Source of the DNA: a virus
Lineage: Duplodnaviria > Caudoviricetes
DNA length: 64,000 bases
Reading direction: 5' to 3' (one strand)
IMG/VR virus record: IMGVR_UViG_3300025713_000650
Coordinates: 64,001-128,000 of that record
Positions 50,066 through 59,112 of the stretch are shown piece by piece. The notes under the pieces were generated by a model that made no database searches, was not told the DNA's origin, and worked only from the letters and a program-made list of their open reading frames with translations. The stretch's first letter is position 1. Each line of letters begins with the position of its first letter. The translations under genes and the position numbers were made by a program.

Positions 50066-50765
50066 CTTTTTTTCCCTTAATCATTTCCGTAAATTTTTTT
50101 GTTTCAATCATATTTCTCCAACCTTTAACTAACCATTTAACAAAAGAATATTTATCTTCATGTTCCCCATAAAATCCACAAGCAAATGGATGTTGTGCCT
50201 CAATAAGTGTAAAATCACCTTTATCAGTCATTCCGTAATCAATTGCTCCACAATAATTTTTAGGTATTTTAATTTTTAAATCTGGTGCTTTTGGTTCTTC
50301 TTCATATTCTTTTATTCCATCATACCACCCAGAAAACAAAACCTCACCATTAGCAATATAATATCTCCACTCATCAATAAAATTAACAATATCTGAACAC
50401 CAGAAAGGACCATTCTTCTTTTTTCTTTCTGTTCCATCTGTAGTAAAACCCGTAAACCTTTTATATCTATCAGCGGGTTTAATAAATACTTTTTGATTAA
50501 TAGGCCATTCTTCAGTGTACCAAATTTTTCTATTTAAATTACAAAATAAAGGATAATAATTAGGAGTAATTATTTTACCGTATATTTTTTGACAAAACTC
50601 TAGAGAACCACAAGGAATATAATCTTTATATTTTTCTGCATTTTCTAAACCAGATCTAAGGTATGGAATCTTTTCTAAAATACATACTAGAATTACTGAT
50701 AAAACTTCTCTAGAATTATCATTTACTTCAAAAACAAAACCTTTAAATTCACCTAAATCAATCAT
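50055..50765 (-). CDS. ATP-grasp domain protein (DUF4343/R2K-like)
   Basis: FIKP...KRFTG, EWRYYI..GEV, IDYG......LIE...FACGFYG. Confidence 0.8.
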   Translation of the reverse strand: MIDLGEFKGFVFEVNDNSREVLSVILVCILEKIPYLRSGLENAEKYKDYIPCGSLEFCQKIYGKIITPNYYPLFCNLNRKIWYTEEWPINQKVFIKPADRYKRFTGFTTDGTERKKKNGPFWCSDIVNFIDEWRYYIANGEVLFSGWYDGIKEYEEEPKAPDLKIKIPKNYCGAIDYGMTDKGDFTLIEAQHPFACGFYGEHEDKYSFVKWLVKGWRNMIETKKFTEMIKGKKDGK

Positions 50766-50980
50766 CTATTTTCTTCCTCTAAAATTATTTCCATTTTACC
50801 TGTAGTATCGTGTTTACTTCTAAATCTATCTTCTCTAAATGATCCATTTTCATTTACAAAATCACATACAAATTCATTAGTTCGATTTGGGTTTGCACCT
50901 TGACATATAAAAGTACCTTTATTATGAGGACATATATTACTATAAGGACATACTTCATTCTTTTTTAAAATCAATGACAT
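50762..50980 (-). CDS. Small Cys-rich hypothetical protein
   Basis: CPY...CPH...CQG...C; AAGGAG RBS. Confidence 0.7.
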   Translation of the reverse strand: MSLILKKNEVCPYSNICPHNKGTFICQGANPNRTNEFVCDFVNENGSFREDRFRSKHDTTGKMEIILEEENR

Positions 50981-51008
50981 ATTTTTTCTCCTTATTTAAA
51001 AAATTATT

Positions 51009-51407
51009 CTATTTTCTTTCTTTCAATTTTTTAGCTGGATTACCTGCCCATATTTCATATTCACCCATCGGATTCTTTGTCAAGACAGCACCAGCGGCAA
51101 TTACACAACCTTTTGGTATGTTGGTCACACTTTCTAAAACAATACTATTTGCTCCAAAATAGACATCATCACCTATAACTAATGAAGATATTTTTACACC
51201 TCTTTCTTTTGTTTGATGTAAAATAGTTTTACTTTTATCAATATAATGTGAATGAGTGTAAATTCTACAACCAGAACTAAAGATAACAAAATCACCAATT
51301 ATTATATCACCACTATTATCAATAATAACACTTTTATCCTCAATTCCAGAACAATCTTTACCTATAGATATTTTCTGTTTTCTTTTTCCATGAGGGTATC
51401 TAATCAT
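51009..51407 (-). CDS. Hexapeptide-repeat (LbH) acyltransferase
   Basis: IIIGDFVIFS, IYTHSH, VIGDDVYFG, VIAAGAVLTK, AGNPAK. Confidence 0.9.
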   Translation of the reverse strand: MIRYPHGKRKQKISIGKDCSGIEDKSVIIDNSGDIIIGDFVIFSSGCRIYTHSHYIDKSKTILHQTKERGVKISSLVIGDDVYFGANSIVLESVTNIPKGCVIAAGAVLTKNPMGEYEIWAGNPAKKLKERK

Positions 51408-51414
51408 TTAAATT

Positions 51415-53241
51415 TTAACCTTCTTTAGTCATTAAAAATTTTAAATTTCCACAATCAAAAATTCTTGTGTAACCTTCTTTTAATCTCAAAATATGTTCAG
51501 GTATTTCTTTTGGATCATCTTTAGTTTTTCTAAGATTAAATCGGTGAATTCTTTCAAAATTTTTAATATACCAATAATTAACTTTTGTTTTATGTGATAA
51601 TTTAAAATTTAATTTAAAGTAAACATCTCCATTACTCCATCGTCTATCAGCATAAGAAAATATTTCTTTCCATTCAAAATTCTTTTTAAAATATGATAAT
51701 AATTTACTAGTTATACCAGTAATTATACAATTTGTTTTAGTACAAAAACGATTTAATTCCCATATATCATCTATTTTACTTGATCCTTTTGAAATATTTC
51801 CATGAGAAAATGTCATAACTGCAATTAACTCATTATCGTAAAAAGCTCCTAATTTAACTTTACAAATATCTCTTCCCTGAATGTGATATTTTTCTAAAAA
51901 ATCATTTTTCTCTTTTGTTGAGATTTCTTTAATTATACATTTTCTAGCATGTATTCTTGCACTATTTTTTTGTAAGATATGGCATAATCTATTTTTAACA
52001 ATTTCTTTTTTAAAAATCCATTCGTCTTCAAAAATAGTAATCAATCTAATATTTTTTTCTAAACATTTTTCTAATTTATCTAAATGGTAATTCTTTTCTA
52101 AAAATTGTTCACTATGCCAATATATACCACAATATTCAATAGCAATATTTTTTTCTGGAATATAAATATCTAATTCTTTTGGGGAAATAATTTCTCTAGT
52201 ATTACGAATTGTTGCAAAACCTAATTGATTAATGAAATTATTTATTTCTTCTTCTGCTTTAGATTTTCCATTATTTCTAGGATAACAATCGGGACATGTA
52301 TAACCTTGTTGAATAGCATTCCAATTTGTTATAAATTTTTTACCACATTTTTTACATTGCCATTGATGATTATAATGAGCATTAATATATTCGCTATCTA
52401 ATAATATTAAATTTAATTCATTTAAAATAATATTTATTTTATTGATAAATTCATCGTAAAATTTTTTCATTCCTTTTCTTTTAATTTCAATATTTTGATA
52501 AGGACACTCTACACCATATTTTAATAATAAAGTATTTTTTTGTTTCTTCTTAATTTCTTTATTTTTAGAAATATTTTCAACACCATATTTTTCTAAATTT
52601 GTTTTTCTAATTTTTTCTTTAATAGATTCACTTGCAAATGGATTTATAACTCCAAATTTATCTATACATGTTTGTTTGAATTTATCTTTAATAATATCAG
52701 ATTGTAAAGGATTAATAACTCCATATTTTTTTATCATCGTTTCATTTTTCTTTTTTAAAATTTCAGGATTTTGCATACAATACGAAACATTATTATTTCT
52801 AAGAGATGTCTCAATTTTCTTTTTCTTAATTTCTTCAGACTGACTTACATTATCTACATTATACTTTTTTCTAATAGAATCTTTAATTTTTTCTTTAACA
52901 TCTTCAGATTGAAATACATACTCTGTTCCATATTTTTTTAAATTAGTTTTCTTTGTTTTTTGTTTAGCAATTTCACTTTTTGATGGACAATCCACTCCAT
53001 ATCTTTTTAATAATGTTTGTTTCTTTTTTTCTTGAACTGATTTTAATGAATTTGTACTTTCAACCCCATAACGATTAAGACAAGTTTGTTTTCTTTTATT
53101 AACAACATAATCGCTACATAATTTAGCATCTGGAAAATCTTTTTTTAAATCTTCAAAATTTTTTCCGTGTTTTTTTAAATGAATCAAAGTTATCTGTTTA
53201 AATTTTTGATTACAATATGGACATATAACAAAATTATCCAT
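51415..53241 (-). CDS. Free-standing putative homing endonuclease (Zn finger, KYGV repeats, PD-(D/E)XK-like domain)
   Basis: CPYC...HLKKH, about 9 K(K/R)YGV repeats, CKKC...CPDC, ELDIYIP...AIEYCGIYWH, IFEDEW, ELNRFC...SYADRRWS.G. Confidence 0.8.
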   Translation of the reverse strand: MDNFVICPYCNQKFKQITLIHLKKHGKNFEDLKKDFPDAKLCSDYVVNKRKQTCLNRYGVESTNSLKSVQEKKKQTLLKRYGVDCPSKSEIAKQKTKKTNLKKYGTEYVFQSEDVKEKIKDSIRKKYNVDNVSQSEEIKKKKIETSLRNNNVSYCMQNPEILKKKNETMIKKYGVINPLQSDIIKDKFKQTCIDKFGVINPFASESIKEKIRKTNLEKYGVENISKNKEIKKKQKNTLLLKYGVECPYQNIEIKRKGMKKFYDEFINKINIILNELNLILLDSEYINAHYNHQWQCKKCGKKFITNWNAIQQGYTCPDCYPRNNGKSKAEEEINNFINQLGFATIRNTREIISPKELDIYIPEKNIAIEYCGIYWHSEQFLEKNYHLDKLEKCLEKNIRLITIFEDEWIFKKEIVKNRLCHILQKNSARIHARKCIIKEISTKEKNDFLEKYHIQGRDICKVKLGAFYDNELIAVMTFSHGNISKGSSKIDDIWELNRFCTKTNCIITGITSKLLSYFKKNFEWKEIFSYADRRWSNGDVYFKLNFKLSHKTKVNYWYIKNFERIHRFNLRKTKDDPKEIPEHILRLKEGYTRIFDCGNLKFLMTKEG

Positions 53242-53243
53242 TT

Positions 53244-56200
53244 TTAACCTTCTTTTTTTATTTGACAGCTCATTGTTCCATCTAAATTTCTTTCACAAAC
53301 TGTACATTTTACATCATCTTCTGACATATCATCTGTCGTTTCTTTTTCATTTTCTAATAAATAATTTCTAACTTCTTCATCCGTTAATGAATTATAGACT
53401 TGTCCTTCTCTTGATTCGTCAACATATACAGTTGCACCTTTTAAATCTCGTAAAAACTCTACTAATAATTTACTTAATTCTTTAGCTTTTATACCTTTCG
53501 GTAAATTAATTGTTTTTGAAACAGCACCATCAATATATTTTTGAATAATAGATTGTGTTTCAAAATGATCTCTTGGAGATAAATCTCTCATATCAACAAA
53601 CCAATCAGGTATAGAATTTCCTGTCAATAATAATTCCTTATATTTTGGATGAACATAAATCCTTTCACCAACACGATCATTTCTTTTATATGCTTTAAAA
53701 ATCAATGGTTCAATACCACTTGTTACACCGGGTAACAATGACGTTGTTCCAGTTGGAGCGGCAGTTAAAATTGTGCAATTTCTGATTCCTTTTTCTTTTA
53801 TTTCTAAACGCAATGAAGCTGGTAGCTTTCGTACAAAAGAAGAATTACCATAAGGAACAGATTCAAATTTAGGAAATGTTCCTTTTTCAACAGCAAGTTC
53901 AACAGATGCTTGATATGCCGTATCTCTAATAAATCTCATGAGTTTTTCAATTTCAGATAATGCTTCTTTTGAACCATATCTTATTTGCTTTGCAAATAGA
54001 TAATCTGCAAGACCCATAATACCTAAGCCAATTCTTCTTGAATTATGAGATTTAATATCATTTTCTTGCAATGCATATCTATTTACATCAAGAACATTAT
54101 CTAAAAATCTAACTGCTAATTTAATAGTTTTTTCTAATTTTTGCCAATTTGTATTTGTTGTTCCTGTGATAAAATTAGGAAGGACTAATGAACCCAAACA
54201 ACACGATTCACCATTTGCAAGAGGGATTTCACCGCAATTACAAGAAAGAATATAATTTCCTTGTCTCTTATTTTCATTAATTGTTTTAGAAGATGTGAAA
54301 ATATAGAAATTATGATTATCTTCTACTGTTCCATTATAAACATCTTCAAATCCATCATCTTGGATAGAAATAATCTTATAATTTAAATATTCATTTTCAA
54401 CATATTGTTGAATTTCTCCAAAAGAAGAAAAATGATTCTCATCAGGATCTTTCATGATATTGAAAGATACATTATTTTCTCTGCATTCTCTAGTTAATTC
54501 AGATAAAAATGGATCTCTATTTAATTTATCTTTCAACTCAATATAAACTCTAGCTATCCTTTCTTTATTACCATTTAAAATATTCTTATAATAATTTTTA
54601 TGAACAGTTTTCGCTTTATTTGATTTGTTATAACATGTTACACCACAGAATGATTTTTCTCGATTATTCCATTTTGTTTTAAAATCTTTACCACAATGTT
54701 CACAAATTTTTATAACATAAATTGAATTATTCTCAAAAATTACATTAAGATCCGTTGATTTTTTGATTTCTAAAAATTTCTTATAAACATTAACTTGATA
54801 ATAATTTTCAAATTTTATAATATTGTTTAATCTTGAAATTATTTCGCTAAGAAATTCTTTAATTGTTTTATTTCCATAACAAAAACTAGATGAAGTTGGA
54901 TACCCTTTTTCTTTACAATAATCAATCCATTCTTTAACAGTAATTTCTCTCTTTTTGCTAATAATAAAATCAGTAGCTATTTGTTTAAGTTCTTCCTCAT
55001 CATAACCTGACCAATTACCATTTTTATTACCGGATATGGATTTACTCATATTTTCAGAATATATTCTTTTACGTTCTTCACTAATTTTATTCCACCATTT
55101 ATTTCTCATTACATTATTATCACCTTTTTGGTGATGAGATGTATGGTCTCCATGCCCCATTACTTTTAAATTATCTAATGAATTATTCTGATTATTTCCA
55201 TCAATATGATGAACACTCTCGTTATTTTCTAACTTTCTACCTAGTAAAAATTCTGAAATAATTCTATGTTCAAAACAATAACCTTTCTTATTTGGATAAC
55301 CATTATATATTGAAATTGGTAATGTTAATCCATTTTTACTAACAAAATTTTTAACCATATGATGAATTCTGTCACCTACTTTAATTTTTCTTGCTTCAAT
55401 TTCAAAACCATCTTTCATAATAATTTTATGATTCTCTGTACATCTAAATATTGAACCATCATTTAATTCAATTTTTAAAATTTTGGCATTTCTTTTTGTT
55501 AATCTTGGATTTCTCATCATTTTAACATCAACTTCTTTTGTAACTGAATTAAATGAGAAAACAGGAACATCTTTTCCTTCTTCAGCTAATTGTTTAATCG
55601 GAATGTTTCCTCTTCCATCAGCCACAGCAATTAAAGTATCACCTGTAACACAAGGATTGGTTGATACAACAGGATCAAAATAATATGAATTATTCTTAAA
55701 TAGATTTGTTGAATTTAAAAGACCCGGTTCTGCTTTCTTAATCATATTCTCTATAATAAGATTCCATATTTCTCTTGCTTGAATTTTTCCATATTCTTTA
55801 TTTTTAAATTTAAAAGTCCATTGAGAATCTAATTCAACTGCTTTTAGAAAATCTTCATTTATCAAAACACTAATATTAAAATGTGATAGTCTTCCATCTT
55901 TTAATTTTGCATTAATAAAATCAATAATTTCAGGATGAGAAACATCAACACAACCTAAAGCAGCGGCTCTTCTTTGTCCACCAGATTCAATTGTTTTTGA
56001 TACAGAATCGGCTGCTTCTATAAAAGAAACAAGTCCTGAACTCTGTCCACCCTTTCCTAAAATTTCATCACCTTTTGGTCTTAATGGTGAAAAATTACAA
56101 CCAACACCACCACCTTCGGACCATAGAATAAGAGCATCTTTTAGAAATTGTCCTATTTCTTCAATACTATCACCTATTTTTAAAACAAAACAATTTAACA

Positions 56201-56426
56201 TACTTCCTTTAGGTCTTCCTGCATTTCTTATAATTCTTCCACCAGGTATAAAATCCATATTATAAATAATTTCAAAAAATTTATCTCTAAATGTCTTATC
56301 TTTTTCAATAGATGCAACAGATAAAGCTACTCTTCTAGCACATGCTTCCCAATCTTCTCCATTGTGAAAATATCTTGCCTTTGCTACTTTAAAGGCATTT
56401 TCAGAAAGTTGTATTTTTTTGCTCAT
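53244..56426 (-). CDS. nrdJ: Class II (adenosylcobalamin-dependent) ribonucleotide reductase, intein-containing
   Basis: PGGR, NCFV, GGGVG, RRAA, FNISV, EPG, TNP[C]GE, CCLGS, RRIGLG, APTGT, SGIEP, AVSKTIN; no ATP cone. Confidence 0.92.
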   Translation of the reverse strand: MSKKIQLSENAFKVAKARYFHNGEDWEACARRVALSVASIEKDKTFRDKFFEIIYNMDFIPGGRIIRNAGRPKGSMLNCFVLKIGDSIEEIGQFLKDALILWSEGGGVGCNFSPLRPKGDEILGKGGQSSGLVSFIEAADSVSKTIESGGQRRAAALGCVDVSHPEIIDFINAKLKDGRLSHFNISVLINEDFLKAVELDSQWTFKFKNKEYGKIQAREIWNLIIENMIKKAEPGLLNSTNLFKNNSYYFDPVVSTNPCVTGDTLIAVADGRGNIPIKQLAEEGKDVPVFSFNSVTKEVDVKMMRNPRLTKRNAKILKIELNDGSIFRCTENHKIIMKDGFEIEARKIKVGDRIHHMVKNFVSKNGLTLPISIYNGYPNKKGYCFEHRIISEFLLGRKLENNESVHHIDGNNQNNSLDNLKVMGHGDHTSHHQKGDNNVMRNKWWNKISEERKRIYSENMSKSISGNKNGNWSGYDEEELKQIATDFIISKKREITVKEWIDYCKEKGYPTSSSFCYGNKTIKEFLSEIISRLNNIIKFENYYQVNVYKKFLEIKKSTDLNVIFENNSIYVIKICEHCGKDFKTKWNNREKSFCGVTCYNKSNKAKTVHKNYYKNILNGNKERIARVYIELKDKLNRDPFLSELTRECRENNVSFNIMKDPDENHFSSFGEIQQYVENEYLNYKIISIQDDGFEDVYNGTVEDNHNFYIFTSSKTINENKRQGNYILSCNCGEIPLANGESCCLGSLVLPNFITGTTNTNWQKLEKTIKLAVRFLDNVLDVNRYALQENDIKSHNSRRIGLGIMGLADYLFAKQIRYGSKEALSEIEKLMRFIRDTAYQASVELAVEKGTFPKFESVPYGNSSFVRKLPASLRLEIKEKGIRNCTILTAAPTGTTSLLPGVTSGIEPLIFKAYKRNDRVGERIYVHPKYKELLLTGNSIPDWFVDMRDLSPRDHFETQSIIQKYIDGAVSKTINLPKGIKAKELSKLLVEFLRDLKGATVYVDESREGQVYNSLTDEEVRNYLLENEKETTDDMSEDDVKCTVCERNLDGTMSCQIKKEG
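54237..55652 (-). mobile_element. Intein (472 aa) with HNH endonuclease at the RNR active-site NP|CGE
   Basis: STNP|CVTGDT...CTENH...EHR...VHHIDGNNQNNSLDNL...DVYNGTVEDNHNF...ILSCN|CGEIPL. Confidence 0.92.
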
Positions 56427-56549
56427 AATATTTTAAAAATTCTCCTTTTATATTCTTTTATGTTTAATTTATTAAAATAAATTTAAAAAAATCTATCCAA
56501 ACACACGTAGTTACCCCCCTTACATTAAAAATTTTTTAAGTTTTAAAAA

Positions 56550-56870
56550 TTAAGATTTTTTAATTTTTTGTAGGTAAATTATTTTTTTTAATTTATCAAT
56601 ATTCCCACTTTTCAATAAAGAAAATACTATTTTGAAAAAAGAAATTAAATTTTTTGAAGCTGTATCAATTCTATCTTTTATAGGTTGAGAGGAAGTCCAT
56701 TTAGTCCATTCTTTCATTTTTTCATCACATTCTGATTCTGAAAGACCTTTACATAATTGTTGATAAATATATTTTTTATTTTTCTTAAAGCTGATAAAAA
56801 TTCTTTTTTATAACCATATTTAATAGGATATTTATCAGCTTCAATTTCCATCCATTTTACACTATTATTA
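56550..56870 (-). pseudogene. Truncated, frameshifted third M48-peptidase paralog (3' part only)
   Basis: KWMEIEADKYPIKYGYKKEFLSAL, then a frameshift to IKKYIYQQLCKGLSESECDEKM...IKDRID...KSGNIDKLK; matches the C-termini of the two upstream paralogs. Confidence 0.85.
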
Positions 56871-56888
56871 AAAATTATCCTTTTTAAA

Positions 56889-57791
56889 TTAAAATTTAAA
56901 ATAACCTTTATAGTTCCTTTGCATTTTCTTCTGCATTTTCTTCAACTTTATAATCTTTTTAATCATATTTTTTAGTTTGTTAATATTACCAGATTTAATA
57001 AGACTTAGCGAAACATTAAAAAACATAGATAATGATTTCCCAACATCTCTAATTCTTTCTTTAATTGGTGGGTGTTCATCAAAATAAAAAGTTTCTTCTA
57101 CGTATCTATCACATTGTCTTTCGGTCATAGTTTCATCACATAATTCTTCATACATAATTTTTTTAATTTTTGTAAGAGCTGATAAAAATTCCTTTTTATA
57201 ACCATATTTAACAGGATATTGATCAGCTTCTCTTTCAGTAAATCGTAATGATCTACTAGTCAAATCAGAACCCAAACCCGCTAATGTCATCAGATAATAA
57301 AAAAGTGAAAGAATAGTTTCACCCATTTTTAAATTACCATGACATATTTTCATGTTTATAAGAATTGACCATATTACAGATGTAATCGTTGAAGAAGCAC
57401 AATATCTTTTCATACTTATGGAACCATGATTTTCTTTACAATGTCCATATTCATGAAGTAAAATTGCAATAATTTCACCTTCATTAAATTTATTTAGTTC
57501 CAACCCAGAAAAATAATAAACTTCTAAATTATTTTCTTTTGCCATTGTAAATGCATTAACTTCCTCATTCTTTACCCTCCAAACTATAATATCTTCACCA
57601 ACTATTGAACTAAGTTTTTTTTCAAGATATTTATCTCGTTTTTTATTTAAGTTTTTTAAATAAATTTTATTCATAAATGGAGACATAACCATTAAAAACA
57701 ATTCAAAAAAAACTGGTGAAAAAATTTTAACAATTTGTAAAGTTTGTAAACTTTCAGTTATAACAGTATTTTTTTTATTTGACTTTTCCAT
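56889..57791 (-). CDS. M48-family zinc metallopeptidase with hydrophobic segments
   Basis: VNAF, AILLHEYGH, E.EAD, HPPIKERI. Confidence 0.85.
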   Translation of the reverse strand: MEKSNKKNTVITESLQTLQIVKIFSPVFFELFLMVMSPFMNKIYLKNLNKKRDKYLEKKLSSIVGEDIIVWRVKNEEVNAFTMAKENNLEVYYFSGLELNKFNEGEIIAILLHEYGHCKENHGSISMKRYCASSTITSVIWSILINMKICHGNLKMGETILSLFYYLMTLAGLGSDLTSRSLRFTEREADQYPVKYGYKKEFLSALTKIKKIMYEELCDETMTERQCDRYVEETFYFDEHPPIKERIRDVGKSLSMFFNVSLSLIKSGNINKLKNMIKKIIKLKKMQKKMQRNYKGYFKF

Positions 57792-57819
57792 TTTATTAAA
57801 ACTTCCCCCAAATAATTTT

Positions 57820-59085
57820 TTATTTTTTTAAATTTTTTTGTAATTTAACAATACCTTTTAAGAAATTAATACCACCAAGAATATTTCCTGTTTTAACAAA
57901 AGATAAAGTTAAATTAAAAATCTTTGTTAAAGATTTAGAAATAGTATCAATTCTATCTTTTAAGGAAGGATGAATATCCCAGTAAAACATTTCTTCCATT
58001 TTCTTATCACATTCACTTTCACTAATACCCTTACAAACCTCTTTATAAACATATTTTTTCATTTTTATAAGAGCTGATAAAAACTCTTTTTTATAACCAT
58101 ATTTAACAGGATATTGATCAGCATCTGATTCGGTCCATCTTAATGATCTATTAGTTTTACCCTTTGCATATCCTCCAAAAAATAAAAAATTTGCAAGAAG
58201 TGAATATATCATTAATAATGGATTTTCAGTAAAATGAGCTATTGGTGCATTATAAATAATACCAGAAACTATTGCCATTAACATAGAATTTATAAATAAT
58301 TTTCTATTTGTTATAAGACCATGATTTTCTTTACAATGTCCAAATTCATGTAATAGAATTGCAATAATCTCTTTATCTGTAAGATTAATCATCTTTTTCA
58401 AACCGGTATAATAATAAAAAGTATAATCATCTTTTTTTGCAAGAGTAAATGCATTAACATCATTTTTATATACTTTATAAATAATAACTTCCTCACCTGT
58501 AATTTCTGAAAGTTTATTTGAAAATTTCTTATCATATTCTTTATCAAGGTTATCTATAAATTTTTTTGTAAACATATGCCTTAATGTAAAAATCAATAAT
58601 TCTAATAAAATTGGACTAATAGCACCAACAGCTGTTAAAATTTTACCTTCATTTAAATTTTCTTGTTTTTCATTTAATTGTTTAATATCTTTTGCCTTAA
58701 AAAATCCATATACTTTCTTTTTATAATTTCTTTTCTTATCATAAGTTCCAACATTTATAAAATGATATTTACCTTTTAAAATTTTTCCTTTAAAATCAAC
58801 AATAATATGAGAATTTCTATATTTTACAATTTCACAATCACCACCATCAATTTTCTTTATTATACCTGCACCATATTCACCTTCTGGTATTTTACCTGTA
58901 TATAATGCAGTTTCTCTAGAATGATCATTTGTTCTCGGAATATAAATTCTTTTATTCGGTTGTGTTGGAGGCATTTCATTTAAACTGAAGCTTGCCCATA
59001 ATTTGGAATTAGGAATCTCAAATCTTAAATCATAATGAACTCCTCTTTTTTTAGCTTCGTGTCGAACTAATATAAATTCTGACAT
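57820..59085 (-). CDS. LigD-type 3'-phosphoesterase domain fused to an M48 metallopeptidase
   Basis: N-terminus RHEA...HYDLRFE...ASF...DH......G.IPEGEYGAG; C-terminus VNAF, AILLHEFGH, ESDAD, HPSLKDRI. Confidence 0.85.
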   Translation of the reverse strand: MSEFILVRHEAKKRGVHYDLRFEIPNSKLWASFSLNEMPPTQPNKRIYIPRTNDHSRETALYTGKIPEGEYGAGIIKKIDGGDCEIVKYRNSHIIVDFKGKILKGKYHFINVGTYDKKRNYKKKVYGFFKAKDIKQLNEKQENLNEGKILTAVGAISPILLELLIFTLRHMFTKKFIDNLDKEYDKKFSNKLSEITGEEVIIYKVYKNDVNAFTLAKKDDYTFYYYTGLKKMINLTDKEIIAILLHEFGHCKENHGLITNRKLFINSMLMAIVSGIIYNAPIAHFTENPLLMIYSLLANFLFFGGYAKGKTNRSLRWTESDADQYPVKYGYKKEFLSALIKMKKYVYKEVCKGISESECDKKMEEMFYWDIHPSLKDRIDTISKSLTKIFNLTLSFVKTGNILGGINFLKGIVKLQKNLKK

Positions 59086-59112
59086 AATCTTTTTTTAACT
59101 CCCTAAAAATTT

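Noticed and set aside
56490-56525. GC-richer patch upstream of nrdJ as an NrdR box or cobalamin riboswitch
   Set aside because: Does not fit either consensus and is too short
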